Source: Utricularia gibba (taxonomy: Eukaryota > Plantae > Magnoliophyta). Taken from it: a stretch of DNA of 64,000 nucleotides. The DNA lies in NCBI GenBank assembly GCA_002189035.1, contig NEEC01000029.1, positions 391,600-455,599 on the forward strand, read 5' to 3'. The notes beneath the pieces were generated by a model that saw nothing but the letters and a program-made list of their open reading frames with translations, ran no database searches and was not told the origin of the DNA. This document shows, in pieces, positions 12,190 through 26,188 of the stretch. The translations under genes and the position numbers were made by a program. How positions within the stretch are numbered: the stretch's first letter is position 1; each line of letters opens with the position of its first letter.

Positions 12190-14000
12190 ATGTTGTTCTA
12201 CTTCCCATGGTTACACCAAGAAGTTCAGCAGTGTGATGAATTTGGGTGCTCCCAGAAAGCCACTGATTGCACGGTATTCGTTTCAGTTTTTGGTCCCGCT
12301 TCTGGGTTTTCATATCTCTGATGTGGGATTTCGAGTTTTAGCTCGTTTGTTTGATTTTTCGTGTTCGAAAAACTGTTTGGTTTTTCGGTTGAGAAACTGA
12401 TTGCTTTTCAAGATTCCTATCCAGGGAAAGATGCATAAATGGAAACCACTATAAGTCATCACAATCATCATCGTTTTACTCTTCTCTTCTGAGCGACTGG
12501 TGATTCGATTTCTCAACAAGTTTGCTAAGTCTAAAGAAAAACAGCTTTGAAAAATAAAGGCTTCCTTCTCTTTCACAGCTTTCACCAAAGATTGTTTTTT
12601 GTTTTCCTAAAGGGCCTGTCTCTTTAAACTTCATTTTGCTTTTAATCTCTTGTAATTCTCAGCCATCTTTCACTCTGATTGATCTTTGAGGGTGCTTTCT
12701 CAAAAATATAAAGCTGATGGAAATGTTAGTGGTCAGTTATGTTGGTATCCTCTGTCCACTTGTTTTATTTGGAAATATGAGAGGGCTTTGTGTTATCTCA
12801 GCTTGTATCCTTATCAACGTCATTATCCTGCAGAGTAACGTGATTGATTCTCGTTCCACACAATAATAAATGACTCCCTACCGCTGGGTGTCAAGGGAGC
12901 AAGACAATTTCAATTTACTGCGCCTTGAGTTCCCCCCTATAAGTTTTCCTGATTATGCTCACTTTCTGCCTTCCTACTTGGAAATCACAGGCATCTTACT
13001 CTGTAAATGCAGGGACTATCCATATCTGGTTACAGGATATGGGGAGAAGGGGACTTGTTCCAGGCCCCTGAGCCCATTATCGAGGAAACAGTTGTGGGAA
13101 TCGATCCTGTTACAGCGGCCATGTCAATGATATCTTGTGGTGAAGATGTGATATCACCCCAGTCGTTGAATGTTTCCGACATCGAATCCTCTATCAAAAG
13201 CGGGAAGATACTCAGTGAGGTGTTCTATGAGTGCAGAAAGGATCTTCTAGCAAAGCAAGGGAATGAAACTCCACTATCCGAGGTCTTGAGCATCAAACTC
13301 CCAGATGACAAGATGGATGAGCAGAGAATGATCATTGATGGTGGAAAGTTGAATGCCGAGGGCTCATTCCTGAAGAGTATTAGTTCCAGTTGTCTTCAGT
13401 CGATGGACAACATTAGCCACTCATCTGTAAGGCCAGATTTTCCAGCGATGGACTTGAGAGCTGCAACTGGGCTGCGAAGAGCTTTCAGTGAAGGCGACAT
13501 AAAGGTCTAGTTTCGCATGCTCTATTCTCTCTTAACTAGAAGCCTTCAATAGGTTACTGTTTCACTAAATTTTCATCGGCTTCCGTACTGGAGCAGAACT
13601 TTAAGCTGAGAAATGATGTTTCTGGGCTCTTGAGGTGGGGAAGGGTGATTCATTCTGAGTTTTTATGACAGGCTCTAGGTAACAAGAGTAACACCGATAG
13701 CCTCCACTTTCAGCTGGGGCGGCAACAACCTCACGCCTTGAACATGGCTGCCATCAGCTCCGCAGAACGCAGGGAAAAACTGTCTCGATATCGTAACAAG
13801 AAATCCAGGAGAAACTTCGGCCGCAAGATCAAGGTACAACTAACTATAAGCAAGATGGTTGCAGCCACGTGCACGAACGCAAGGTAAAGCTCTCTTGTGT
13901 TTTTCAGTACGCGTGCAGGAAGGCTATAGCAGATAGCCAGCCTCGAATACGAGGGAGGTTCGCCAAGACAGAAGACACGGGGACTCTGATGAAGCAGTGA
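12190..14000 (+). CDS. CCT-motif family (CMF) protein; exons 12190-12273, 13013-13504, 13672-13833, 13908-14000
   Basis: Exon 1 HQEVQQCDEFGCSQK; exon 2 GEGDLFQAPEPIIEE...SEVFYECRKDLL...RRAFSEGDIK; CCT domain ERREKLSRYRNKKSRRNFGRKIK|YACRKAIADSQPRIRGRFAK. All exons are phase 0 and in frame. Confidence 0.88.
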
Positions 14001-14651
14001 CCAGGGGAGCGCTGATGCTGCTGCTGCTACATTTGAGGGCCTCATCATCCATCTCCTCAATGACGTTGGCAGCAGCCGAGAGTACTACTTGGCCTATTTT
14101 CATGATTGTAGATTTGGTTTGTTATCTGGAGTTGTATATACCGTACGTAGCATCGAAATAAAGTATCATCCATCCAGATGTGTTGTACAGCATTAAACTC
14201 CAGCACGTGCACAGAATCATGCAAAACATAAGGACACAAGAGAGAAAAAGTAGAAAAGAAAGATTTACAACCAAGGAATCTTCTCTATTAGTGTTCGTAC
14301 CAAACACCAAGTGTGAATCAAAAAACACATATATACTTTTCTTCACACACTAAAGAAATAATCCAGAGAGATTAGAAAGAGCACACCGTTGACCATCACT
14401 CTTTTCTCTTCTGCTGTGCATAATCGACAAAAAGAACCTCAAGCAAAAAGAAGGGCTAGGAAGGAAGCTGTGTGATCTCTTCTGTACAGACTGCTGCTAC
14501 TTGTGTTTGATGGTGTTCTCTGTTAGCTAGCTACTCTTGTAAGTTTAGAGGAGCAAAGAATCAGTCTCAAGGAAGCTGGCGGGTGACGAGCGCTTTCTGG
14601 TTGACTGCATGTGAAGAAGCAGAAGCCATTGGAATGTGAGCTTGCTTGTGT

Positions 14652-17600
14652 CTAATTCATGAATTTTCTGCAGTTTGGAGCCTTGCACAAGCATGGAACC
14701 TTGAACTCTTCCGGCTCATCAGGATCAAATAAATAGTCATACCTGTACGGATGGAGAAATGGAACAATTGTAAAATTTATGTTCTTTACTCTCGGAGTTC
14801 AACACATTTCGATGAATCTCTGCAGAAAGAAATAGCATCTTCAAGGAGGGAGGAGGGAAATACGTTAGTTCATCACCAGCGGGAACGAACATCCGGGCAA
14901 TAAGTACGATCCGGCTCTCATCACTACCTACACTCATGATTCTTGCATAGCAGTTGGGCATACACTGCAAAATGTCGTAAGAAGGGATATTTAGAGGGGG
15001 CAAAAGCATAGACGTTCAACAGAAAGGAGCATCATCCATCAGTGTAAATAGATTATGTACCGAGTGGTTAATCAGCCGAGCAATGTTTCCGGCATCTGTT
15101 GCATCTACAACAACCTCTTCACTGATTTTGAATAGCTGAGGAGAGGAAAGCAGATTTTGTACAGTAAGGTAACCATGTGTACTCGGGATAACAGCATAAT
15201 AAGATGCTTGTCTCTGGCCAGAAGAAAACATCTCACATAGCAATCCTTGCCCTGTGCCCGATACCGTGCTTCTCTTAGATCCGCAACACTGCGTCTAACC
15301 TGCTCCCCCGATATTCCACCACCTAACCATTAAAAAAAAAAAAGCATAGAATAAGAACCCCTTCATAGCAGGGCATCAAGCATGGATTTCTTTCGTTAAG
15401 AGCATACATACCATTTCTCCTTCTTGAATATCCCTACGTGCAAAAAGACCCCAACCATGTATTCCTGATCTACCAAAGCAAACTTTATCCCTTTCTGTTC
15501 TCTGTATCATCCAAAAAATGTTCTGCCGTTGAACTTCGCCATAAAATCTCATTATAATGAAACGCATGTAACAAACCTGCAAATAGTGAAGCCTTTCTCT
15601 AAAGGTGGAAAAGGACTCCCGCTTCTCTGTTTTCTGTGTCAGAGACGAGACCAAAAAGTAGAGGTTTTTTTCCTGCTATCCCCTACAAATGGAACGATGG
15701 TAGAAAATTTACCCTATTTGCATTCAAACTTCTTATTACGCCCATTGAATGATGACGAGACCCCATAACATAGTGGACTATTGCCTCATTACTGATCTGC
15801 AAGACAAGGGAAAAAATCGGCAAAGAAATCAGAAAAAAGTAAATGGTAAGCAAATCAGCGCCTTTCCCATCAACATTTCTAAGCAAATGGATCAAATAAA
15901 AACATCTATTTTTCTAGACCTTGTTAGATCTTTTGTAGACACGGCACCTTGCTGCAGAGAATGGTTCAACCTCATCGGTTTCTAGTGAAGGAGGCTCCAT
16001 CTTCATCCTACTTGTTGAAATCAGCCTGGCGCTCATGTGCTTTTTGCTTTGAAGCAGGCTTCTGGCTGAGAAGGTCCCTTTGGGAGTCTCTATGATGAGA
16101 ACATTATCTGGATTTGGAGCCCTATACACAGGACAGTAAGGGCATGAGCATTATAGACATGTAAACGCCAAAAGATAAAATTTAAAAATCAACATTAGAG
16201 AAAAAGGATGAAGCAAAAACTCAATTACCTGTGGAAGGCGCAGTAAGATACCATTTTGGTCAACTGTTTGCCGTTCTTTTCAAGACAGTGCAACTGCAAT
16301 TTCCAAATGAAGTTTTTGAACTAACATTCAGTATATGAATAGCGAAAATGTCACAAAAATTCCGTCTGTTTCAGCACTCGAATCCAAATTACATTAAAGA
16401 TGAGCGACAAGCCTGACGAAGTCAAAATCAGAAGAAAAATACAGGACTGAAATACGTATTCAAGTTAGTACAGCACACCTCCATCCGGTAACCTGCCCTG
16501 GATGCACACACTGCATGGTAATAAGTGGAGCACTTGGTACATTGCGTACATGATCCATGAATCTGTTTGCAGACTACACACATCTGAAATACATGCAAAT
16601 CCAAGGATAACTAAATTGGTTAAGAACGAAAAATGTTAGGATCTTGAGCACTTCACTCATGCAGAAAAACCTAGAATATCATCTTATGAAATACACCAGA
16701 AGTGATCTCAGGTGCCAGGTGAAAAACGACAATACCTTTACAAAGGAGCTTGAAGGTATCTTCAATATTCCAATGGCAGGCTCCATCTTTTCATCACTTG
16801 CAAATGAAACTTCAGGTTGAAACCAAGCACAGGTAATGTGAACCCACAATGGTGAAACATCTGTAGGTTTCAGCGCACCCCCTACATTTTTTAATAAACC
16901 CACAACTTATAGTATGATCAAGATGACTTGATGCTCGTATTTAGCCAAATTTAGGGAAAAGGAGACTCTTTTCAACACACTATAGTCGATCAATGAGTGT
17001 ACAACAGCACCCTCAAACAGACTAATAGGACTACTCAACTACCTTTCACAGGGCATAGGCAACACTGCCGCTCAATATCAGGTGTCTCGCAAGATCTACA
17101 TACCCATGAGGTAAAATCACGGACATGTCTCGCTCCATAACACTCTTGATGAACAGCAATTTGGCATCTGCAAAAAAGTGGACCAAACAAAACAGTTAAC
17201 ATTCACAAAAAAAGTTGTTGATGAATTTGTTTAACATCTTTTATAAACATGTTCATCCATACCTAATGCAAATAATAATCTTGTTGAAGTCCCAGTCTTC
17301 AACCCAGCGACATACGGCACATCTCTCTGTTGTCCATTTAGCATGAACAGGTTCATGATGTTCTAATGCATAGAAAAAGGCTCAGGAGTCACTTCTAAAA
17401 TTCGAGACTGGTCAAGGCACATCACAAAATAAATAACAAAGGATTGGAACTAACCTTGAAGAAAATTAAGCAGCCTTTGCCTCCTAACTTTCATTGAAGG
17501 ACGTTTCATGGATTTAGCAGGAACAAGGCTCTGTTCGTGATACTCAGCCATCTGTACCATCTGTGTGACAAAAAAACCAGTCAAGTGGCATAACTTCAGA

Positions 17601-20214
17601 TGGTGCAGGTGGAAACTAAACAGGTAAGGGAATGAAAGATGAGTTTCAAAACAGACCCATTGTTCAAGGGGAAGCAGGGAACCCTTCACCTTGACACTTG
17701 ATTTCCAGTTTTTAGTTTTTGAACCCGTATGTTGTTGCCATTCACTGAGCGATTGCTTTTCCATTCCACAAAATCCACATTTGCAAACAACTCTGCATGA
17801 AGAGAACCATTCCAGTGCATGCAAACCCCCTAGCTGAATTTGAAAAATCTCTAGTGGAGGCAGATTAAAAATTAAGAATCTTACAAGTGTAAACTCGGAA
17901 AATAAATCCCTTCAACACCAGAGCAGATGACAGCAACTTTGTCAGGCAACATGGAATTGCTATTCCTTTTGCCATTCCTGCATCATGGGTACCGTGATTT
18001 ATTTAGTAAACCCTCAAGACATTAAAGAACTATTTTATGCCAAAAAGGAAGAAGGAAATTCACTTTATTTTAACATGCCGAGCCTCCGAATCAGATAACT
18101 CAAAATTAAACCTAGCTTTGCATTCAGGGCAGTAATAATCACTTATTAGCGTATCCTGCAACACCAGAAAAGTTCAGATAACCAACAACTCAGGCCTATT
18201 CAGCGCATAATGAGTTAATGGAGGGAACATGAAAATATTGAAGGAAGAGAGACCTTCACATTGTTTTGTAAAGACTTGTCACACTCTGCATGGAGCCACA
18301 CTTTACAACCATTACATTTGACCTGATGTTTTTGATCAGAGAAAGATGTTATCAGTAGAAACGCCTTGAAAAAAAAACTTCTGATTTTAATTGCTTACCC
18401 AAGTTCCGTTATCAAATTGATTTCGAATCTTCTTGCAAATGCTGCAATAATGTTTTATTTTTTTCAACTGCAAAAGAAAGGTGAAAAAAAACAGGCGAAC
18501 CATTAATGGGGATGGTTTTGGACAATGACGCAAGTACAATGTCATGCCCAAAAGGTAACGCACCCTAGCACAAGAAGTACACAAACGGTTGATGCCGGCA
18601 GCTGAACTAGTAGATTTTTTTTGCAAGTTAGATGCCATGCTAACACCACAGGCTTCACATGATTTCGATTCCTCTTTCACACGTACATCCTTCATGATGG
18701 TAGGGAAACACATGTTTCTTAGTCCCATCCCAGTATGGTAAAATTCGTATCTTGGAAAGGCATGCATTTAAAAATAAGTATATCTTTTGCAAGTAACACC
18801 GCATCAACAAAATCTTAAAGGAAATATACACATAAAAAGAGGTACTTATGGTCCCTAAAAAAACCATATATTCTATTCAATTCCACAAAGAACGAAATAG
18901 TTAAGCAAGAAACCAGATGAACTTACTTGCTCCCTAGAGTTGCGACTCTGCCCTGAATCAGAATCCTCAAAAACTCCCCTAGTAAGAGAACTAGGATAAT
19001 CAGGGCGGCCAGCAGCAGCATTTATTTCCACCATCAGCATCTCATTAAATCCATTTTCTGCCAAAAACGCCTCCTCTATCGCTGACCGAAGATCACTTGG
19101 CTTGCTATCGTTCAGTTCAGTTTGATCCTGAAACCTAAATCATCAAATTCACAATGGTTTCAACTCAACAAGTACCCCGAAAATCTTGTTTTAAAAAAAA
19201 AAACTATCAGATAAAATCAAAAAAGAAAGCAAAAAGGTACGGCAGAACCACCTGTCTATATAGTCGAGGAATGGAAATATCATGCCGTTTCTAATCCACG
19301 CATAATCCTGCTCAAAGAGGACATACTTAAATGCAACAAATGCAAGCAGAAACACAGAAAACAAAAGCACACTTTACCCTCTGAGTTCCATTTCCAGAGT
19401 AACCAAAGAACATTACACAAACTGATCCAGCAACTCGACAATTGAAAACCTTCTGCGGGATTTGCATCTCTTGATTTAAGACAATCGCAGGCCATGCAGG
19501 GCAATTCTTCCCAGAAATGGCCCACACAATGTCACCTTCATCAAACTCCTGGGAGCCATACAATTTATCAATGCCGCTAATTTCTGCACAATCAACAAAA
19601 TCTTCATCAATCATCCAATCATTCCTCAGTTCTGCAATCTCTTCCTCGGATAATGGCGCAAATTTTCGGCCATGGAAAGTATTGGTCTTTTCCTTCGTCA
19701 ACTTCCGATTACCTATCACGTTTGCACGAACCCCTGGTGCCCTGAATCCAGATTCTTTTACCTTTTCTTGAAATGGTGTATAATCTGTATCCAAATCAAA
19801 CTCCCGTGTTCCATTCTTACTGGAAATCTTCTCTTTTTTCCAATTATCAAGAATCGAATCATTGAATCTCGACGGGAGTACCTGAACTCTCCCACGAGAC
19901 GTTCTCACCAGAGGCGGCCGTGAGACTTCTTCTTTCGCCGAAGGAGTCGTGTACATTGACTCCAACTCTGGACGGTCCACGCCGACTTCAGCCACGGCAG
20001 CGGCGGCGCTCGACAGGATTTTATGAATCCCATAACTGCTGAACGTAATTACCCCCGCAGCAGCCTCCCCAAGGATATGCAGCGGAAAACAACCATTATC
20101 GATTTTGCGTTTCTTCCTCTTCGCTGACGACTCGTCGTCTTCTGCCGCCGAATCGCCGCCTCGGCACCGTTTCAGAAACGGCATTACCAGTTTCAAGTTC
20201 TTTTTTATAATCAT
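14652..20214 (-). CDS. ATX4/5: Trithorax-class H3K4 methyltransferase (PWWP-PHD-SET), ATX4/ATX5 clade; many exons
   Basis: Exon 1 [17 protein letters not shown]...[15 protein letters not shown]...PWWP-like [17 protein letters not shown]; e[17 protein letters not shown]; [35 protein letters not shown]; post-[32 protein letters not shown]. Confidence 0.95.
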
Positions 20215-20254
20215 CCTTCACTGGAGCTCCGAATTCACTCAATCTGTAAATTCA

Positions 20255-20262
20255 AAACCCTA
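20255..20262. promoter_or_regulatory. Telo-box (AAACCCTA) in the ATX 5' region; further copies at 30656-30663 (F-box) and 61942-61949 (DYAD-like)
   Basis: Exact AAACCCTA / TAGGGTTT octamers sit within about 100 bp of start codons, the typical position for plant telo-boxes. Confidence 0.5.
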
Positions 20263-21527
20263 GTGGGAGTACAGAAATGCTCCCCCAGAACATCAAAATC
20301 GCCGCGATCACACAATTCCGTCACCAAACTCAAAAACCACCCGATTCAAAATCCAGGCCGAAACCCCCCCTTTTTGTGGCAATTTAGGGATCCCTGTTCC
20401 AACACTTATGTCTCTCTCCACCTTCCCCTGAAGCGATGAGAGAGAAGGAGAAAGGTAGCATTTTTATATCCAGGAGGATATAGATACACTCTGAATTGTA
20501 AGTAAAGACACCAATTTATGAATATACTACAAATTTTAGTCTATTCTGTTCACATTTAATCGGAAGCTAGAGACGAAGGAACATTTATCAGGAAGAAGCG
20601 TTCGAATTCCATTCGATGAAGCTTGTGATACGCGTACAGATGCATGTACGTGTGGTAGGCGCATCTGAGTTGCAGCTGATGCTGCCACAGTTAATGGCTT
20701 CCATATTCTTTTCCGGGAACACCCACAAATCGAAGGGAAGCATTTGCTAGCACAGGGATTCATCAGTTGTTTGTCAATAAAAAGTTGCGTTCTTTTACAG
20801 TCACAGGGGTCCAGCAGAGCCGGCGGGGCGGTGGAGAGATCCTCGAGATGCAAAAGTGCGAATGATTTTCCCGGTGAGAGAAGAGGCGGGGGCGTTGGTG
20901 GAAACGCATGATTTTTCCGGATTGGTTTGTTGACCTAATCGAGAAAGAAACTCGGGACACAGATCAGATCCATGAAGCAGGGAAATGGACAAGGTAAACC
21001 TAGTCTGAAATTGGGAAAGGAATCAGAATTCAGAGCCAGTGGGACAAACCCAACCGATGGCGGAGGATTTTATGTTACACCACTTTCCCTTGTCTGATTT
21101 CAAGACTTGTGGAATGTACGCCTTTCTGTCTCCAAACCTTCCTCAGAAGTGAAGTAGCCTGTTGGGTCACATCGTATGACTGTCTCTGAGGGGCTTTTTT
21201 TTTTACACTTTTAATTCTTAATTTGATTTCGAACATTTGAAAAAAGGGGGAAAAAAAAACCATGAATTCATGCATGCCGCACAAGTTCACTGTCGTCGGT
21301 TCATTTCCGTGAAGTGGGCCTGAGAAAAGTTGCCAAGCAGACTCCATGTGTATTTCATCAGAGAAATTGCCCTGTGTTTAACTAACAAAGGCTTGAATGT
21401 ATTCTAAAGCTGAGCATTCCGCCATGCTCATTGATGGAGAAGCGGAAGTAGTTCAAGTAACATGACAACACCAACAGACTGACTCCTGACTCCAGGAGGA
21501 GCAATTGCAATTTGCAAGCATGCCTCA

Positions 21528-22985
21528 TCAAAGTTTCATTGTGCCGAGGAATGCGGAAGCCCCTTCCTTCCGCATGGGCTGGAGCTGGATTGGGATTGCA
21601 CCAGGGCTGGAAACCAATGGAGTAGGCCCATGTATCCCTTGTTGTGCTTGTGCATTTGCATTGGCATAGCAGGGGCCCTCTAGATCCATCCAGCAGAAGG
21701 GAAGGAGTAGAACGAAGATAACCTACCCAAGTTTATAGTGGTCCACTGTATGCAGTGGCACCTGGTACGGCTGCATTCAGAACACAAGTGCTGCTGAGGA
21801 TGGTGTAATCTCTGTTCTGCCACCTGGGAAATGCTTCTTCCATCAAAGGCATTGCCGCAGTTGTGCCTGCTGCTGTATCAGAAAGTTGCACCAAAGCCTT
21901 GATACTGCAGGAGACTATGAATTTCTTGAGATTACAATGTGTGATGCCATTTTCCCAGAATTGGCCACAATATCTCAACCTAAAATCCAGCGGTCTTTTC
22001 AAGTGTAGTGATCTTGTGAACAAAACCCAAATGCAGAAAACGGCTGCAAAGCACAACACTTGTTACCGCATCGAATGATTCAAAAAGGAATACAAAAGAA
22101 TGTGTCCGAGTTACTTGTCTTCACCGAACATCATTTAACAGAAAAGAGCACAGATCAACATCTAAGTCGCTGTGCTGGGTCGAAAATTTTTGAGACATTG
22201 GCGACATAATCTAGTTGATCACCAAAATTAAGTTAGAAACCCCCCAAATACAAAATACAAAATACCAAATAAATGGTTGAACATTTTGACAGAAGCAATC
22301 TTTCTGCCAAGCAATAATAAGCTGCCATCGAAGATATATCCTTGGCACGTGGTTGCATGTTTCACGCCATCATGTGAAGTAAAAGATTTAGGAAGCATGA
22401 CAAACAACTCACACAATAATCAGAGAAAGCCTCCTGCACTGTTGATAAATCGGTGAGGGCCCATCAGCTACTAAAAGGGTGCCAGTTTCTTAGCAGGAGC
22501 AGAACATCAATGCTAAAAAGGCGTGGATCATTCTCCTCAAATGCTACATTACCAGCAACATCTGCAGCACTTTTGTAGTTGACAATTTCTAGCCTGTTTG
22601 AGTACTGAAGGTACACAGCTTTCCCTCGTAAGTCGTACGGATGATACGTTATCATAGCATAGCAATGGCTTGACTCAATTCAGCCTTCAAAACATTAGGA
22701 AAAAAAAAAAAGTAGGAATACAAAAGCCATAAATATGGTGCGAATTCAATGAAATGCTGAGTTTGTTAGACCCAGCCTTGGGCTTACGGAACGACATTCC
22801 CTGTTCCATCAGCTCCTGTTCAGAAGAAGAACCCCAGGAGTGGCTGGCTGGAAAGAGACGACATTCCGGTGCAGGAATCGTCCTTGCCCTTGATAAAAGA
22901 AAACGATTGAGCCAAACGCGAAAGCATTGCGGCAGCAAAGAACAAACTTGAGGACGGCAACAACGAGGTTGACTAGGATGAGGGT
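21528..22985 (-). pseudogene. Decayed polypyrimidine-tract-binding protein (PTB1/PTB2-like) pseudogene
   Basis: Best-preserved segment is RGKAVYLQYSNRLEIVNYKSAADVAGNV (22628-22545), versus plant PTB RGKTVYLQYSNRQEIVNNKTTADVAGNV. Other remnants: WGSSSEQELMEQG (PTB WECTEEELIELG), AELSQAIAM, SIDVL, ALVQLSD, frameshifted AFDGRSI, NRDYT. There are multiple stops, frameshifts and deletions, and intron remnants are retained. Confidence 0.8.
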
Positions 22986-23429
22986 AGATCAGAATCGACG
23001 TAAGAATAAAATAAAACATAAATAATTCATCCATCCATCCATCCATCCGTGTGGGCCCAGGCGCCGTGTTCTGGTTTGCAAGCGTCTGGTCTGGTCTGGT
23101 CTGGTCTGTGTCTCAACTCTCAACCCAGCGGATGGATGGATGGGCACCCACTGGAGCGATGGGATGCAATCCACCACGCAGGCAGAAGAAAAGACGCTTA
23201 GCAGCAGTTAATTAAATCAAGTCAAGTCATTGGGTGGTTAGCGGTTACGAGGGCATGTGATTTTGCAGCTGGGGGCGGGGATGTCGTGGTGGGTCCCGCT
23301 CCTGTAATGAATGTCTTTCCACAATGAGCGCGCTCACACCCACACACAGTCTCACACATGCACAAGCGAGGACCCAATCCAAGCATCCTCCACCTCCCAG
23401 GCTCCAACCACAACCACAACCACGACGGC

Positions 23430-23458
<29 letters not shown>
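23430..23458 (+). repeat. (CT)n microsatellite, preceded by (AACCAC)3 at 23406-23423
   Basis: Read directly; similar (GA)n tracts at 44526-44541 and about 61768-61785. Confidence 0.9.
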
Positions 23459-23463
<5 letters not shown>

Positions 23464-24509
23464 ACGTGACGACAAACAACTACAACAAGCAGTCGCCTGT
23501 TTCGGTGTTCCGGGGGGGCTTGGCGAGTATTAGTTGCTTCTACTTAACTCTACACCTTAAACGCCCAGTCCAGTCCAATAATTCCTGATGACAACTGGCT
23601 GCCTGCTTTCTCGCTTGCTTGCGGTGGAAATAGAGCCTGATTCGTAGTAATTGCACAAAAAGAAGGGAAGGGCCTGGCCTGGCCTGGAAGCACCGCACCG
23701 CAGGATTGGAGTTAATAGTAACAAGGAGGGGGGGGAGGGGGAGGCAGCCTGCAGCTGCCATGCTGTCGTATTTAATGAGCACTTTACCCCAAAAGTGTAG
23801 CCTTGCCCTTCCACCACCACACATCATGTGCCTGCCTGCCTTCCGGATTATTCATCTCGGGAGTGTGTGGGTTAGTTACTGCATGACTAGGGCGGGGCGG
23901 GGCGGGGCATACGCGAGACCGGCCACATATCCGAAACCGCCATCGCACGGAAGGCGGTAAGGCCCCCGGACACCAACCAAGGCGGCAGGCAGACCCTTCC
24001 CCTCCCCATGTAGGGCAGGGTGCGAGGATCTGCCGCGTGTCTGTCCCTCATAAACGACTCCGCTCCAACGCCCTCTTCCTTGTGCATTCAATGCTCCAGT
24101 CTTCACTGCCAACAACCACCAGAGGCGGTGAAAACATGCACCGTTCCGGCATCCGCGACTATTCCGGGGAACGGAGGGACACTTGCCCAGTTTTGTGTCA
24201 CCTATTCACTGCACTGCACTGCCCAGTCAAGGCAATTTCCTTTTGAGCCGTATTAAACAACATGGGGACTATCAACTCCTGGTCCGCGGGCAAACATGTA
24301 CTACGCCGGCCCCGATAAATTTTAATCGCAAATTCTCGTGGTGTGTAAAATCTTAAATACAACATGGTTTTTAAATGACTGCGAGGAAAAGGCCACAAAG
24401 TTAGGTGTGAAATTGATGCCGGAGGGGGGGCGAAGAACGTGCTCCATGGAACTCAGGTTATAAATACAGCCTCAAATGAAGGCGCATTGCAGCGCATTGC
24501 AATTTGCAA

Positions 24510-26188
24510 ATGAGGTTGGAGACGGTGAAGAGGTCCTGCATTATCCGGCCGGCGATACCCACCACCCACGGAGTCCTCCCACTCACGGAATTCGATCAGG
24601 TCAGCGGACTGCTGCCTTACGTTCCGGGTATCATCTTCTACCGCCCGCAGGAGAGATGGCACGCCGGGGATGTCTTCACCACTCTAACAAACTCTTTGCG
24701 CAAAACATTGGTCTACTTCTATCCTGTGGCCGGCCGCCTCCGTCGCCTCCAAGGAGGCAGGTTTGAGGTGGACTGCAACGACGGCGGGGTGCTTTTTACC
24801 GAGGTTGACTCCCAAGAGGATATGGAGGTAATTTAAGATTCAGGCACTAGATCTGCTTGTGATGGATCATCTTCTTTTTTACCCTACTTCTTCATGTGCG
24901 CCGCGCCGGTAAATACCAGGTATTGATTATTAATTAAATGGTTCCATGGGCGTAAGGAATATGACTGGATAGCGATAGCTCTCTTCAGGAATATTATTCC
25001 AATCAGAAACACAATTGTTTATTCAGGAATTTGTTTCTTTTTTTATTATTATTCTTTCCTGTAAAGTGCGGATCGAAGCGTCTCTAATCGTAATTAAATT
25101 ACTTGTTCTTCATATGCCAACAGGTCCTTGCTGACTTCCCTCGGTCGCCGGAGTTCCATAATCATCTCATTCCTCGCGTCGATGACTCCGCCTCCGCGGA
25201 AGACCTCCCTCTCCTTTTCGTGCAGCTCACTCAGTTCCGGTGCGGCGGCTTCTCCCTGGGCTTCGCACTTTCTCATGCTGTATTTGACGGGCACAGCTGG
25301 GTGCATTTCCTGTGGGAATGGGCGCGCCTCGCCAGAGGAAAGCCGATCATGGCCCCGCCTTTTCTCGACAGGAAAATCTTCAGAGTGGGAAAGCCGCCTC
25401 TGTCGCCGACGGGCCATCACGAAGACTTCCACAACCCTCATTTCACGGCTCCGCCGCTTTTAATCGGCGAAACTAACTGTGAAACGCAGAGAAAAAAGTC
25501 AACCACCACCGCGACGCTGCAGATTTCCAATTCCCAAATCGAAACCCTGAGAAAAGCCGCAAACAGCAAAATCCCACCGGAGAAACCCAAGTTCTCTCGG
25601 TACGAAACCATCGCTGCCCACATATGGCGGTGCGCGTGCCGCGCCCGGCGCCATGTTTGGAATCAGCCGACGAGACTGGGCGTGTGCGTGGACATCCGCA
25701 ACCGCATGAATTTACCCAAGAACTTCTTCGGCAACGCCATCCTGGACGTGATGGCCGAGGGGCTTTCCGGCGAAGTGACTATGAAGCCATTGAGCTTCGT
25801 GGTGAGCAAAATTCGGAAGGCGATCAACTCGGTGACGGCAGATTACGTCAACTCCTCGATTGATTACCTGAAAAAGCTGGAGGACTTGTCGCCGATCGAA
25901 GAGTTTTACGGGACCTCGGAGGGGCAGGGGCCGTTCTACGGGAACCCGAATATAAGCGTGACGAGTTGGCTGAGCTTGCCGCCGGGGGGGGTTGATTTCG
26001 GATGGGGGGCGGAGGCATTGTTGAGCCCTGGTGGTTTGGACAGCGACGGGGACACGCTGATAATGCCGGGGAGCGGGGGGGAGGGGGCGGTTTTTATATG
26101 CCTTCAGGAGGAGTTGATGGGGGAGTTCGTGAAGCTATTCTACGAGGGCGTCAAAAAGGAGGAGACGGCGGCGGGGATCCCAGAATGA
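24510..26188 (+). CDS. BAHD acyltransferase, spermidine hydroxycinnamoyl transferase (SHT)/HCT-like; exons 24510-24827 and 25124-26188 (460 aa)
   Basis: FYPVAGRL, HXXXD (SHAVFDG), DFGWG and the SHT-type FYGNPNISVTSW motif; a single phase-0 GT-AG intron. Confidence 0.9.

Noticed and set aside
21551-21575. Perfect 9-bp inverted repeat ATGCGGAAG/CTTCCGCAT with a 7-nt loop
   Set aside because: A few stems of this size are expected by chance in 64 kb; there is no extension, U-tract or miRNA match.
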